Below are positions 55,755 through 64,000 of a stretch of 64,000 bases of DNA, piece by piece. The stretch's first letter is position 1. Every line of letters begins with the position of its first letter. The translations under genes were made by a program, and so were the position numbers. Under the pieces are notes generated by a model. It was given only the letters and a program-made list of their open reading frames with translations. It was not told the DNA's origin and ran no database searches. Origin of the DNA: a virus; IMG/VR virus record IMGVR_UViG_3300020420_000008, positions 1 through 64,000 of that record; one strand, written 5' to 3'.

Positions 55755-56358
55755 GCCTGCTTTCTCCCCATACTTTACTCTTACTTGCTTTCTCAAACCT
55801 TTCAACAGGTAAGAATAATGCTATATCCCATTCTGAAGCGTTTATCTTAATAAATCTAGAACGAACATGTTTAGTTAAGTATTTTTTATATGTTGGTTTA
55901 AACTCTTTATATTTAGCCGCCGAGCGTAATAATCCATATGATAAGCCTAGTCTGGTAGACGCATCATATCGTTTGTTAGTTGCTGTTGTATATAATGCGT
56001 CCATAAGTCTAGCACGTAAGACATGTGGTAAATAATGTAAGTTCAGTCCTTCAAACCCTCCTGGAGAGTTCTGCACTTTGAATATCAAAGGAAATCTATC
56101 GTAGTAAGGCAATGTTGATTTATTTTTAGGATCATAGTTGAAGAAAAACATTTCGCCTATACTAGTACGATTTTTAAATCTATCGTAGTCTCTGAGTCCT
56201 ACATTTTTATTGAAGTCAGTTAAATCACCAGATTTTAGTTTGTTTGCACCTGAGGTTTTAGCTTGCTGTCTAAACCAATCTCTAGAGCGTTGTGTACGTC
56301 CTGGTAGTTCACCTCTGCGAACACCTCTCAGTAGTATATCGTCAAAAACTGTTGCCAT
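55744..56358 (-). CDS. 2: DNA end protector gp2
   Basis: YDPK.K.TLPYYDRFPL, GLNLHYLP..LR, W.IA.FLP.E.F. Confidence 0.92.
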   Translation of the reverse strand: MATVFDDILLRGVRRGELPGRTQRSRDWFRQQAKTSGANKLKSGDLTDFNKNVGLRDYDRFKNRTSIGEMFFFNYDPKNKSTLPYYDRFPLIFKVQNSPGGFEGLNLHYLPHVLRARLMDALYTTATNKRYDASTRLGLSYGLLRSAAKYKEFKPTYKKYLTKHVRSRFIKINASEWDIALFLPVERFEKASKSKVWGESRRAI

Positions 56359-56791
56359 TCTTGAATAGTTCTTTTTCTGTGAGTATCATAAACTTCCAGT
56401 TTCTGTCTTTACAATACTCTATTGCGTAATTCCACTTACTCTTATTTATACTCCATGTCTTTACCTCGTATAAATACTTCTTAGTTAGATTTTTTTGTGG
56501 AGTAGGTTCTTTGGTTTCTTTGTAAGGCTTTACTTCAACGACAATCGTTTCTTTTTGATTATGTTTATTGTTTACTTGAATAACGAAGTCGGGATAGTAT
56601 CTGTGCCAACGTCCATCAAGTGCAGATTTGTAAGGTATGATTAACTCTTCAGAAGCCCATTTAAGAACATTGGGATTTTGATCAAAGTAAACCATACAGT
56701 TTCTTTCCCACAAAGAACGATAAATAATATTTGTAGGATCACCTTTGTACTTTTTAGGAAACTTGGGATAGAACTTACCTTTATAACTCAT
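56342..56791 (-). CDS. 4: Head completion protein gp4 (TnsA-like nuclease fold)
   Basis: MSYKGKF.P..P.KY.GDP.NI.YRS.WE, HRYYPDF, EVKP, F.ILTE. Confidence 0.93.
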   Translation of the reverse strand: MSYKGKFYPKFPKKYKGDPTNIIYRSLWERNCMVYFDQNPNVLKWASEELIIPYKSALDGRWHRYYPDFVIQVNNKHNQKETIVVEVKPYKETKEPTPQKNLTKKYLYEVKTWSINKSKWNYAIEYCKDRNWKFMILTEKELFKNGNSF

Positions 56792-56804
56792 AGGGATATG
56801 TATA

Positions 56805-57929
56805 ATGGCTATAACAATAGGTAACGGCAACGTCAATCTGAACACAGACTTCAAAGCTATTACAGATATACAAGGTAAACTAGCAAAAACAGGCATACAA
56901 TTTGATGGTAGTAATGTAAGAATATCTGCAAGAGAGATGTTCATGAAGAAAGTTACTAACAGATTACCAAAAGGACATATTGCAGGATTGATGCCAAAAA
57001 GTATGAACACTGCAAGCTTGGTATATCCTGCTGATATTGATGATGAGCATTATATGAAAATAGATGCTGTAAAAAGAAGTAAACAAACAATCAAAGAGCC
57101 TAAAGGTAAAAAAGAAATATTATCTTCTATCGTATTACCTATACCAGGAAATCTACAAGTACAATATCAAGCAGACTATGAAAACAAATCATTAGGTATT
57201 ATAGGCGGCGCTTCTGCCGGTAGACTAGGTGCTGGAAGTCAAGGAGCAGGTGCTGTATCAGATATTGCTGGTAGAATTGTAAACAAATTCAATACATTAG
57301 GTGTAGATGATCAAAGTTTAACAGAAATAGGGGCGGCAGGAGTTGTAACAGGTGCTACTGCATTGAGTGGTAAAGTTGGTGGTGCATTAGGAGCATTTAT
57401 CATAGGTGCTGGAGGAATATCAGCCGTGACAACAGGCACACTTTTACAAGAAGGTGTTGCAATTAATCCTCATTTAGCAGTCGTATTTAGAGGTATAAAC
57501 TTCAGAGATCATTCATTTACATATAAGTTTGTTGCGAGAGATCAAACCGAGAGTAATACAATAAAAAATATTATAGAATCTTTTAGATTTCATATGTTAC
57601 CATCAAATGCAATAGGTGGTTCTGGCACTACGGCAGGTTTAGCTTTTGATTATCCTGATGAATTTGAAATAGCTTTTAGTGATAAGATAAGATCAAACTT
57701 ATATGAGATAGGCACTTGTGTATTAAAGAATATGCAAGTAACTTATAATGGTGAGAACTTACCTATATTCTTTGAAAACACAGGCGCACCAGTTTCTATT
57801 CAAATAACATTATCATTTCAAGAAGTCAAGCTTCAAACTAGAGATGGTTTTACCGAATACTCACAAAATCAAACAGGTGCTGTTAGTGATATTCGTCCAT
57901 CTGCAACTAGAGGAGAAGGAGCTAGTTAA
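56805..57929 (+). CDS. 48: Baseplate tail tube cap gp48
   Basis: I.LP.P, NP....F.G..FR...F.Y, YPDEF.I, CVL....V.Y, L.FQE. Confidence 0.8.
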   Translation: MAITIGNGNVNLNTDFKAITDIQGKLAKTGIQFDGSNVRISAREMFMKKVTNRLPKGHIAGLMPKSMNTASLVYPADIDDEHYMKIDAVKRSKQTIKEPKGKKEILSSIVLPIPGNLQVQYQADYENKSLGIIGGASAGRLGAGSQGAGAVSDIAGRIVNKFNTLGVDDQSLTEIGAAGVVTGATALSGKVGGALGAFIIGAGGISAVTTGTLLQEGVAINPHLAVVFRGINFRDHSFTYKFVARDQTESNTIKNIIESFRFHMLPSNAIGGSGTTAGLAFDYPDEFEIAFSDKIRSNLYEIGTCVLKNMQVTYNGENLPIFFENTGAPVSIQITLSFQEVKLQTRDGFTEYSQNQTGAVSDIRPSATRGEGAS

Positions 57930-58495
57930 TGTCAAATTACTTTTCATTCTTTCCTACAACATCACATGATTTAAAAGATGTTAATAAAATTACTCAGGTA
58001 ACAAATATACTTAGACGTTTTAAATTTAAAACAAAAGTAAAAGATATTGTTGGCACATACTACGATTACACAATGCATGAAGGCGACAGAATGGACACTA
58101 TTGCAGAGAGATACTATGGCGATTCTAATCTAGCGTGGGTAATATTACATTTTAATGATATCGTTGATCCTTACTATGACTTACCTTTGTTTGGTAAAGA
58201 GTTCACTGATTACATTGTAGAAAAATACGGCTCAGTTACAACAGCGAGAGCGACTACAAAAAACTATTTTCAAATACTTGAACAAGAACAGCTACTAACT
58301 GACGGAACTAAAATACCAAAAAGACAAATAGTTGTAGATTTAAAAACATATAACACATTGTCAGCGTCTAATCGTGATTCAGAAACAGCTTATGATTTTG
58401 AAGAAAGATTGAACGAAGATAAAAAGAATCTAAAAATACTAGACAGAAGATATCTAAATCAATTAGTCAAAGAAGTTAAATCGGTACTAGCATAA
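57929..58495 (+). CDS. 53: Baseplate wedge protein gp53
   Basis: YF..FP, GDR.D.IA..YYGD..L.WVIL..N.I.DP, E..LNE.K. Confidence 0.88.
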   Translation: MSNYFSFFPTTSHDLKDVNKITQVTNILRRFKFKTKVKDIVGTYYDYTMHEGDRMDTIAERYYGDSNLAWVILHFNDIVDPYYDLPLFGKEFTDYIVEKYGSVTTARATTKNYFQILEQEQLLTDGTKIPKRQIVVDLKTYNTLSASNRDSETAYDFEERLNEDKKNLKILDRRYLNQLVKEVKSVLA

Positions 58496-59862
58496 TGGTT
58501 TATCAAGATGCAATAATGCGTAAAGCTTCTGCATCAGGAGGCGATACATCAAAAGAGAACTATAGATTTCCTGGTGACTTTATACTAGAGCGTCTAGAAC
58601 TTATCGATAAAGAAGGTGTACCAACAGATATATCAGCATTAAGTTTAGAAGTAAACATACTTCAAAATTTATTTTTACCTTTCATGCAAATAGAAATAGC
58701 AGTAAACGACTCAGCTGGATTTGTAAATGCTGTGTCGAACGGACTATCTGGTGGTGAAATTATATACGTTTCTTTCAAAACTGCCGATCCAGAATTTGTT
58801 ATGAATAAAATGTTATTCGCAGTAAACGGTGTAAAAGAAAGAGTGAGAAATACTACAGGTAATGAAACATATGTTATAGAAGGTTATTCACTAGAACATT
58901 TCAACACCATAGATAAGAAGATATCAAAAGCATTCGGCTCTGGCTCAGGTAAAAAGATAAACGAAATTGTTCAAATAATATTTGATGAACACATCATGAC
59001 ACCTGAATTAAAATCAGTATATAACTTATATAAAAATGAAGGTAGAGAAGTATCGAAAACTGGTATACAAGGACTAACAACTACCACAGGTTTACATTCA
59101 TGTGTGATTCCTATGTACAATCCTATAGAAGCTATTCGTTATCTATGTGACGAAGGTGTAGATGATGATACCGCATCTAAACTATTATTCTATGAAACTT
59201 TTCTAGGCTTTCAATTTAGAAGTTTAGGTAAACTAATTAAAGAAGAACCAAAAGGCGAAGAGTTTCTCTATCACCCATCATCTTATAATACTGATTCATA
59301 TAAAGATGGTATGAATGCATACTTTATAAAATCTATAGATAGAATTAAAGAAAGCGATTTAACGGAACAGATGACAGATGGTTTATTCTCTGCTACAACG
59401 ATAGAAATTGATCCTCTCAGAAAAGATTTTAATAAAACTGTTTACAAATACCAAGACGAAGTTGAGAGATTTTCTAAATTAAATACTCTAACTATTCCTG
59501 GTGGTGCAGATGATAACGCAATTGTTCACTTGAAAACATCAAGAAGAGGACATGATGTCGATAGTGTATTTGCACCTGAAGCTCCTTTAGCTCAGAGAGA
59601 TGTTCTAAAGGATCCTTTTAGAGATAGTTATCTAAAACACTTGACAAATAATATAATTGTTATTACCATTCCAGGAAACTCAGCACTAAATGTAGGGGAT
59701 ACTATAGAATGTAAGTTCACTCCTGCAACATCGTTTGAAGAGGGAAAGGAAGAAGATAAATACACAAGTGGTAAATATTTAATAACTAAATGTAGACACG
59801 TTATAACTAAGCAAATATATGATACAGTCTTAGAATGCGTTAAAGATACAGGTATAGAATAA
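58495..59862 (+). CDS. Baseplate hub protein (gp27-like)
   Basis: FYET..GFQFRS, IPGNS.L.VGD.I, SGKYLI...RH; between 53 and 5. Confidence 0.7.
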   Translation: MVYQDAIMRKASASGGDTSKENYRFPGDFILERLELIDKEGVPTDISALSLEVNILQNLFLPFMQIEIAVNDSAGFVNAVSNGLSGGEIIYVSFKTADPEFVMNKMLFAVNGVKERVRNTTGNETYVIEGYSLEHFNTIDKKISKAFGSGSGKKINEIVQIIFDEHIMTPELKSVYNLYKNEGREVSKTGIQGLTTTTGLHSCVIPMYNPIEAIRYLCDEGVDDDTASKLLFYETFLGFQFRSLGKLIKEEPKGEEFLYHPSSYNTDSYKDGMNAYFIKSIDRIKESDLTEQMTDGLFSATTIEIDPLRKDFNKTVYKYQDEVERFSKLNTLTIPGGADDNAIVHLKTSRRGHDVDSVFAPEAPLAQRDVLKDPFRDSYLKHLTNNIIVITIPGNSALNVGDTIECKFTPATSFEEGKEEDKYTSGKYLITKCRHVITKQIYDTVLECVKDTGIE

Positions 59863-60725
59863 TGATACTATCAAAATCAGAGTACGAAACTTTAAATAGT
59901 TTTCAAGAGTTAGAAGAGAAACTAATATTATTTAACAATGGTAAAAATTATGGGCAAATTGTTTTTATGGCTGGTGGTGCTGGTTCAGGTAAAGGTTTTG
60001 CGATTCAGAATTTCATGCAAGGCGAGAAATTTAAGGTACGAGATGTTGATGAATGGAAGAAGGCTCTTATCAAGCTTGCGAAAATGAAAGACAGTGATTC
60101 AGAACTAGCTAAACTGAATCTAAGAAATCCTGAAGATGTATTTAAATTACACACTATCGTAAGAGAAAAAGGTATCAAAAATAAAACACTTGACATGTTG
60201 TTAACAGGTGCTAAGAAAGATAGATTACCAAACATACTTTTTGATATCACTATGAAAGATAGTAATGATATAAGTGATGTTGCGCCTAAACTCATAGAAG
60301 CTGGTTATGAGCCTAAAAATATTCATCTAGTATGGGTATTAACAAGTTACAAACAGGCGGCAAAAGCCAACAAAGAAAGAGATAGAGTTGTACCTGATGC
60401 AATACTTTTTCAGTCGCACCAAAAGGCTGCCATGAATATGTTACAGAGAATTAAATCTATGGCTCTTGGTAATAGAACCGGTATTGGTAGAAAGTATGTA
60501 GATGGACAAGTACATGTTATTTTGAATAACAGAGAGAAAACAATATTTCACCCAGGATATGAAGGCAAAGCTGTCAAAGATTTTTCTTATGTTACGATTA
60601 AGAAGAGTGGACAAAACTATTTAAAAGATGCTGATATACTAGCTACTGTTATAAGATGGGTTCTAGCAAACTCACCATTATCACCTCAAAGTGTCAGTGC
60701 TTTAAAGAAAAGGTTTAAATTGTAA
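59862..60725 (+). CDS. P-loop kinase (zeta-toxin/AAA_33-like)
   Basis: FMAGGAGSGKG, DVD, FDIT, N..R.R.VP. Confidence 0.75.
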   Translation: MILSKSEYETLNSFQELEEKLILFNNGKNYGQIVFMAGGAGSGKGFAIQNFMQGEKFKVRDVDEWKKALIKLAKMKDSDSELAKLNLRNPEDVFKLHTIVREKGIKNKTLDMLLTGAKKDRLPNILFDITMKDSNDISDVAPKLIEAGYEPKNIHLVWVLTSYKQAAKANKERDRVVPDAILFQSHQKAAMNMLQRIKSMALGNRTGIGRKYVDGQVHVILNNREKTIFHPGYEGKAVKDFSYVTIKKSGQNYLKDADILATVIRWVLANSPLSPQSVSALKKRFKL

Positions 60726-61954
60726 TGTTAAATTATAATAGTTATATAAGAGAGCAGTATAGGAACTTACAAGAAAAAGTATGGAAACCTAATATGGGCG
60801 ACTTAGCTGAACCTATTCTTGCATGTGGTGTGGCGGCAAAGTTTGCAAATCCCGATGCTATTGTAACAAGAACAGCTATTGAAAAACTTTTAAGAAAAGT
60901 AATTAAAAAGAATCCAGAAAATATAGATGGTAAACCTGGAGGTGAATTAAAAGTAAAAGATAATATCTTTCTTAGAGTTGCAATACGAAGAAGAGAATGG
61001 GAATGGTTGAAAGATGAAAGTCATTGGGAACTCATTGATTGGCAGTTCAAAGCAGTAGCACAATACTGTAATGATAAAAGTAGAAGTGTACAAGGTAAAA
61101 TCGATCTGATGCAAGGTAAGGGTAGACGATTACACTTAATAGCAAAGGCATATATGTTGAATGGTAGAAAAGATGAGATACGTGTCGATGCTGATGGTAC
61201 AGGTGATCAGAAAGGTACAAAAGCTGATATTAAGATTACACTGAATGGTAAGAAAGCAAACATGCAGATGTCACTCAAAGTAAAAGGTGGTGATCAGATA
61301 GGACAGAAAGCTGGTGTACCATTTGATAGACAGTATGAGATATTTAAAGAATTGGGTATTGATGTTGGACCTGCAAGAAAAGAATATGATGAAGCAGTAA
61401 AAGAAATAGATTTAGGTTTTTACTTTTTAGACAGAGCAGAAGTATCAAAAGGTAAAGATGATAAAAGACTACCCAAAGCTATAGAGATGCAAAAGCAATT
61501 GAGAGAAGCTAACTCTAAATCATATAGACTGGCGGCAAAAATTTGCAAAGCAAAGATGGACGCTGGTGATGAAAAGTTTGTGGGTAAATTAGCTGAATTT
61601 TTAATAAATTACGGAAGTCTAGGTGATAAACAAATAGAGATAATAACATTAACAACGAAAGGTTTCAAGAAAGCCAAGTTCGGTAGAAACTTTAAGAAAC
61701 AATTATTAGAATACTATCCAAAACTAAAGGTTATATTCAATATGGACGATGGAGATCCTTCTATTGAGTTCTATGATCCTGAAATAGGAGATAGATCAAG
61801 TACAGAAGCTAGATTGTTTCGTATACGTGGTAAAACACTATATGAATCGAAAACGAAGAAGATAGATGGTAAGACAAAAAAAATCTTTCCATTGTATGTG
61901 AGAAACTTAGTTGAAGCTGGTGGATTATTATACAAACTAGCAGTAGATAGTTAA
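60725..61954 (+). CDS. Hypothetical protein, possible PD-(D/E)XK nuclease
   Basis: GDLAE...KADI...MSLK. Confidence 0.55.
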   Translation: MLNYNSYIREQYRNLQEKVWKPNMGDLAEPILACGVAAKFANPDAIVTRTAIEKLLRKVIKKNPENIDGKPGGELKVKDNIFLRVAIRRREWEWLKDESHWELIDWQFKAVAQYCNDKSRSVQGKIDLMQGKGRRLHLIAKAYMLNGRKDEIRVDADGTGDQKGTKADIKITLNGKKANMQMSLKVKGGDQIGQKAGVPFDRQYEIFKELGIDVGPARKEYDEAVKEIDLGFYFLDRAEVSKGKDDKRLPKAIEMQKQLREANSKSYRLAAKICKAKMDAGDEKFVGKLAEFLINYGSLGDKQIEIITLTTKGFKKAKFGRNFKKQLLEYYPKLKVIFNMDDGDPSIEFYDPEIGDRSSTEARLFRIRGKTLYESKTKKIDGKTKKIFPLYVRNLVEAGGLLYKLAVDS

Positions 61955-61964
61955 AGGAGATAAT

Positions 61965-62171
61965 ATGGCAGAAGAATTTTTACAAGAAATAAAAGAACCA
62001 AAACACACAGATGATCCTCATGATTCAGTAGGTAAAGAATCTCTTGATGGATATATTGAAATAGATATTTTCAAACCAGGAAATAAACCAAAAGATAGAC
62101 ATGTTTCACAAGTAACAATCAAAGATGGGAAGAGGATAGTTGGTGATGAAAAACTTCCTAGGGATAAATGA
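61965..62171 (+). CDS. Hypothetical protein
   Basis: AAGGAG RBS. Confidence 0.6.
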   Translation: MAEEFLQEIKEPKHTDDPHDSVGKESLDGYIEIDIFKPGNKPKDRHVSQVTIKDGKRIVGDEKLPRDK

Positions 62172-63648
62172 TTTTATATGGTTCTTCGGGGTTGTCGAAG
62201 ACCGTAATGATCCTGTACAACTCGGAAGGTTGCGTGTCAGGTGTTATGGTTGGCACACCGATGATAAGAACGAAATACCTACTGACAGTCTTCCATGGGC
62301 AATACCTATCCAAGATGTCACTTCCGCAGGCGTCAGTGGAAAAGGTAAATCGCCTACGGGAATCCTTGAAGGATCGTGGGTTATTGGATTCTTTGCAGAC
62401 GGAAAGAAAGCACAACAACCATACATAATGGGAACAATAGCTGGAGCGCCTAAGTTTTCAGCAGATAGTTCAAGAGGTTTCAATGATCCAAATGGTAAAT
62501 ATCCTTTATATGTTGATGAGAGTGATGTTAACAAACTTGCGAGAGGCACTCCTACTATTACAATTGATAGTGATGGCACTATTGGAGCGCCTGAAGCGTC
62601 TTATAAAGCCGAGTACCCCTACAATCATGTAACGGAAACTGAGAGCGGACATGTCATTGAAGTTGATGACACACCTAATGCAGAACGTATACAAGTCTTT
62701 CATAAATCAGGAACAGTAATAGAAATACAACCTAGTGGCGATGTAGTCATACAACAAAAGAATAATTTTCAGACTATATCTGGTGATAATAATATACACA
62801 CTACTGGTAACTTAAATTATTTTGTTGATGGTGATATAAACTTCAATACAAGAGGAAACTTTAATGTTACAACATTTAATAATGTTGACATCAAATCAAA
62901 ACGAATAGATTTAAATAGTACAACAGGTGATTTGTATACACCAGAACTTATAGATGATGCTATATTATTTGAAACCAATATTGTAAAACTAAAACCTGAA
63001 GAAACACAAATAGAACCAGATGTAGAGTATCCAGATAATCCAGAACAAGTAGAACAAACTGACGGTAAGAATCCAGAAGATGTAAAATATCCAGAGAAAA
63101 CGCCAGCTACTTGTGGTTCACCTGATAACCCACACAGAAATCCAATTGATGTTGCAACAGAACTGATGAACGAAGGTGGTTGGAAAGAAACAGGTAGTAA
63201 TCCTAAAATTAAGTTTCTTTGGGACGAGATTGGTTATAATGGTTCTCAATACGCAGACAGAACAGCGTGGTGTGCTGTGTTTGCTGGTGCAGTACTCAAG
63301 CGTTCAGGTAATAAGTACATACAAACAGCATCATCGCAAGCATATTCACAATATGGTACTGAAGTAGCAACAGCACAAGGTGATAAAATAGATTTGACAA
63401 ATCTCAAAAGAGGAGATATATTGGTATTTCAAAGAGGTGGTTCTGCAAAAGGAACTGGACACGTTGCATTTGCCACAGGTAACTTCACAGATACGCATAT
63501 AGAAGTTATTGGCGGTAATCAAAGTAATAGTATTACACAAAAGAGATATAAACTTAGAGGTGGTTTCTTCTGGAGATTAAGAACAGTCAGAAGAGCGGTA
63601 GCATGTGACGATGGTACCACACCAGCTCCAACATCTACAGCAATATAA
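62146..63648 (+). CDS. 5: Baseplate spike gp5 with C-terminal CHAP/NlpC-P60-like domain
   Basis: WFFGVVEDR.DP..LGR.RVR, YPYNHV.E.ESGH..E.DDTP..ERI; WCA.F...GD...GHV.F...GGNQS. Confidence 0.9.
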   Translation: MKNFLGINDFIWFFGVVEDRNDPVQLGRLRVRCYGWHTDDKNEIPTDSLPWAIPIQDVTSAGVSGKGKSPTGILEGSWVIGFFADGKKAQQPYIMGTIAGAPKFSADSSRGFNDPNGKYPLYVDESDVNKLARGTPTITIDSDGTIGAPEASYKAEYPYNHVTETESGHVIEVDDTPNAERIQVFHKSGTVIEIQPSGDVVIQQKNNFQTISGDNNIHTTGNLNYFVDGDINFNTRGNFNVTTFNNVDIKSKRIDLNSTTGDLYTPELIDDAILFETNIVKLKPEETQIEPDVEYPDNPEQVEQTDGKNPEDVKYPEKTPATCGSPDNPHRNPIDVATELMNEGGWKETGSNPKIKFLWDEIGYNGSQYADRTAWCAVFAGAVLKRSGNKYIQTASSQAYSQYGTEVATAQGDKIDLTNLKRGDILVFQRGGSAKGTGHVAFATGNFTDTHIEVIGGNQSNSITQKRYKLRGGFFWRLRTVRRAVACDDGTTPAPTSTAI

Positions 63649-63950
63649 TGCCAGGTATAGTTCGAGCAACATTAGACAAGAATGTCAAACATGAGGATCC
63701 TTTCACACCACTACCTCTTCATCAAACACCTTACACTAAATCTGGTGCTAATGTGTTTGTCAATGGTGAGCCTGCAATTGTTGTAGGTGATAAAACGAAC
63801 TGCGGTGATGAAGCACTCGTTGGTTCGCCTAATGTCTTTATTAATGGCAAAGCTGTACATAGAAAAGACGATGCTACAAAAGGACACGATAAGTTTCTAC
63901 CTAGTAAAGCAGAAACAGGTTCAGAAAATGTATTTGTAAATGGTGATTAA
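63648..63950 (+). CDS. PAAR spike-tip protein (gp5.4-like)
   Basis: Three NVF.NG repeats, CGD. Confidence 0.88.
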   Translation: MPGIVRATLDKNVKHEDPFTPLPLHQTPYTKSGANVFVNGEPAIVVGDKTNCGDEALVGSPNVFINGKAVHRKDDATKGHDKFLPSKAETGSENVFVNGD

Positions 63951-63954
63951 TAGT

Positions 63955-63962
63955 TATAAATA
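63955..63962 (+). promoter_or_regulatory. T4-type late promoter
   Basis: Intergenic TATAAATA. Confidence 0.7.
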
Positions 63963-64000
63963 GACAATAGTATTTTATCATTATATGAAGGAAGAGTCAA

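Noticed and set aside
56792-57010. 73-aa N-terminal extension of gp4 in the ORF track
   Set aside because: Overlaps gene 48 antisense; the recognisable protein begins MSYKGKF at 56791
1-64000. CRISPR array, IS elements, integrase, introns or inteins
   Set aside because: No regular repeat-spacer array seen; 41, 61, nrdJ, thyX and uvsX are uninterrupted and of normal length
1-64000. Alternative genetic code or stop-codon reassignment
   Set aside because: Genes tile densely under code 11 with TAA, TAG and TGA all acting as stops; no suppressor tRNA seen

Overview
64 kb of an AT-rich T4-like (Tevenvirinae-type) myophage genome, almost all on the + strand, very probably infecting a marine alphaproteobacterium (permuted two-piece tmRNA, aa3 oxidase subunit IV, zf-CHCC protein, pseudoazurin, TGATTCG promoter motifs). 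Replication genes: a split gp43, uvsX, 41, 61, 59, 32, rnh, 33. Nucleotide metabolism: thyX, class II nrdJ, PyrD-like, MazG. It also has two islands of small early genes with duplicated promoter/leader cassettes, large basic head-cargo polyproteins, a spanin/lipase lysis block, many auxiliary genes (pstS, phoH, kdsA, glycosyltransferases, Fe-S carriers), an RNA cluster (tmRNA, tRNA-Gly(ACC), unknown ncRNA) and the baseplate/tail block (gp29-like, 51, 26, 54-like, 2, 4, 48, 53, 27-like, 5, PAAR). Best candidate for an undescribed system: an intergenic small RNA (9171-9317) whose 25-nt loop is antisense to the GA-rich leaders shared by the early genes. Those genes' promoters carry GcrA/CcrM-type TGATTCG sites, while key replication genes look leaderless and so should escape it. 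Other highlights: a -1 slippery site joining gp26 to gp51, a rare tRNA-Gly(ACC), protease-site-punctuated cargo polyproteins, a KdsA plus KpsS-like Kdo module, and GCWGC avoidance. All product calls are by-eye motif recognition; no searches were run.
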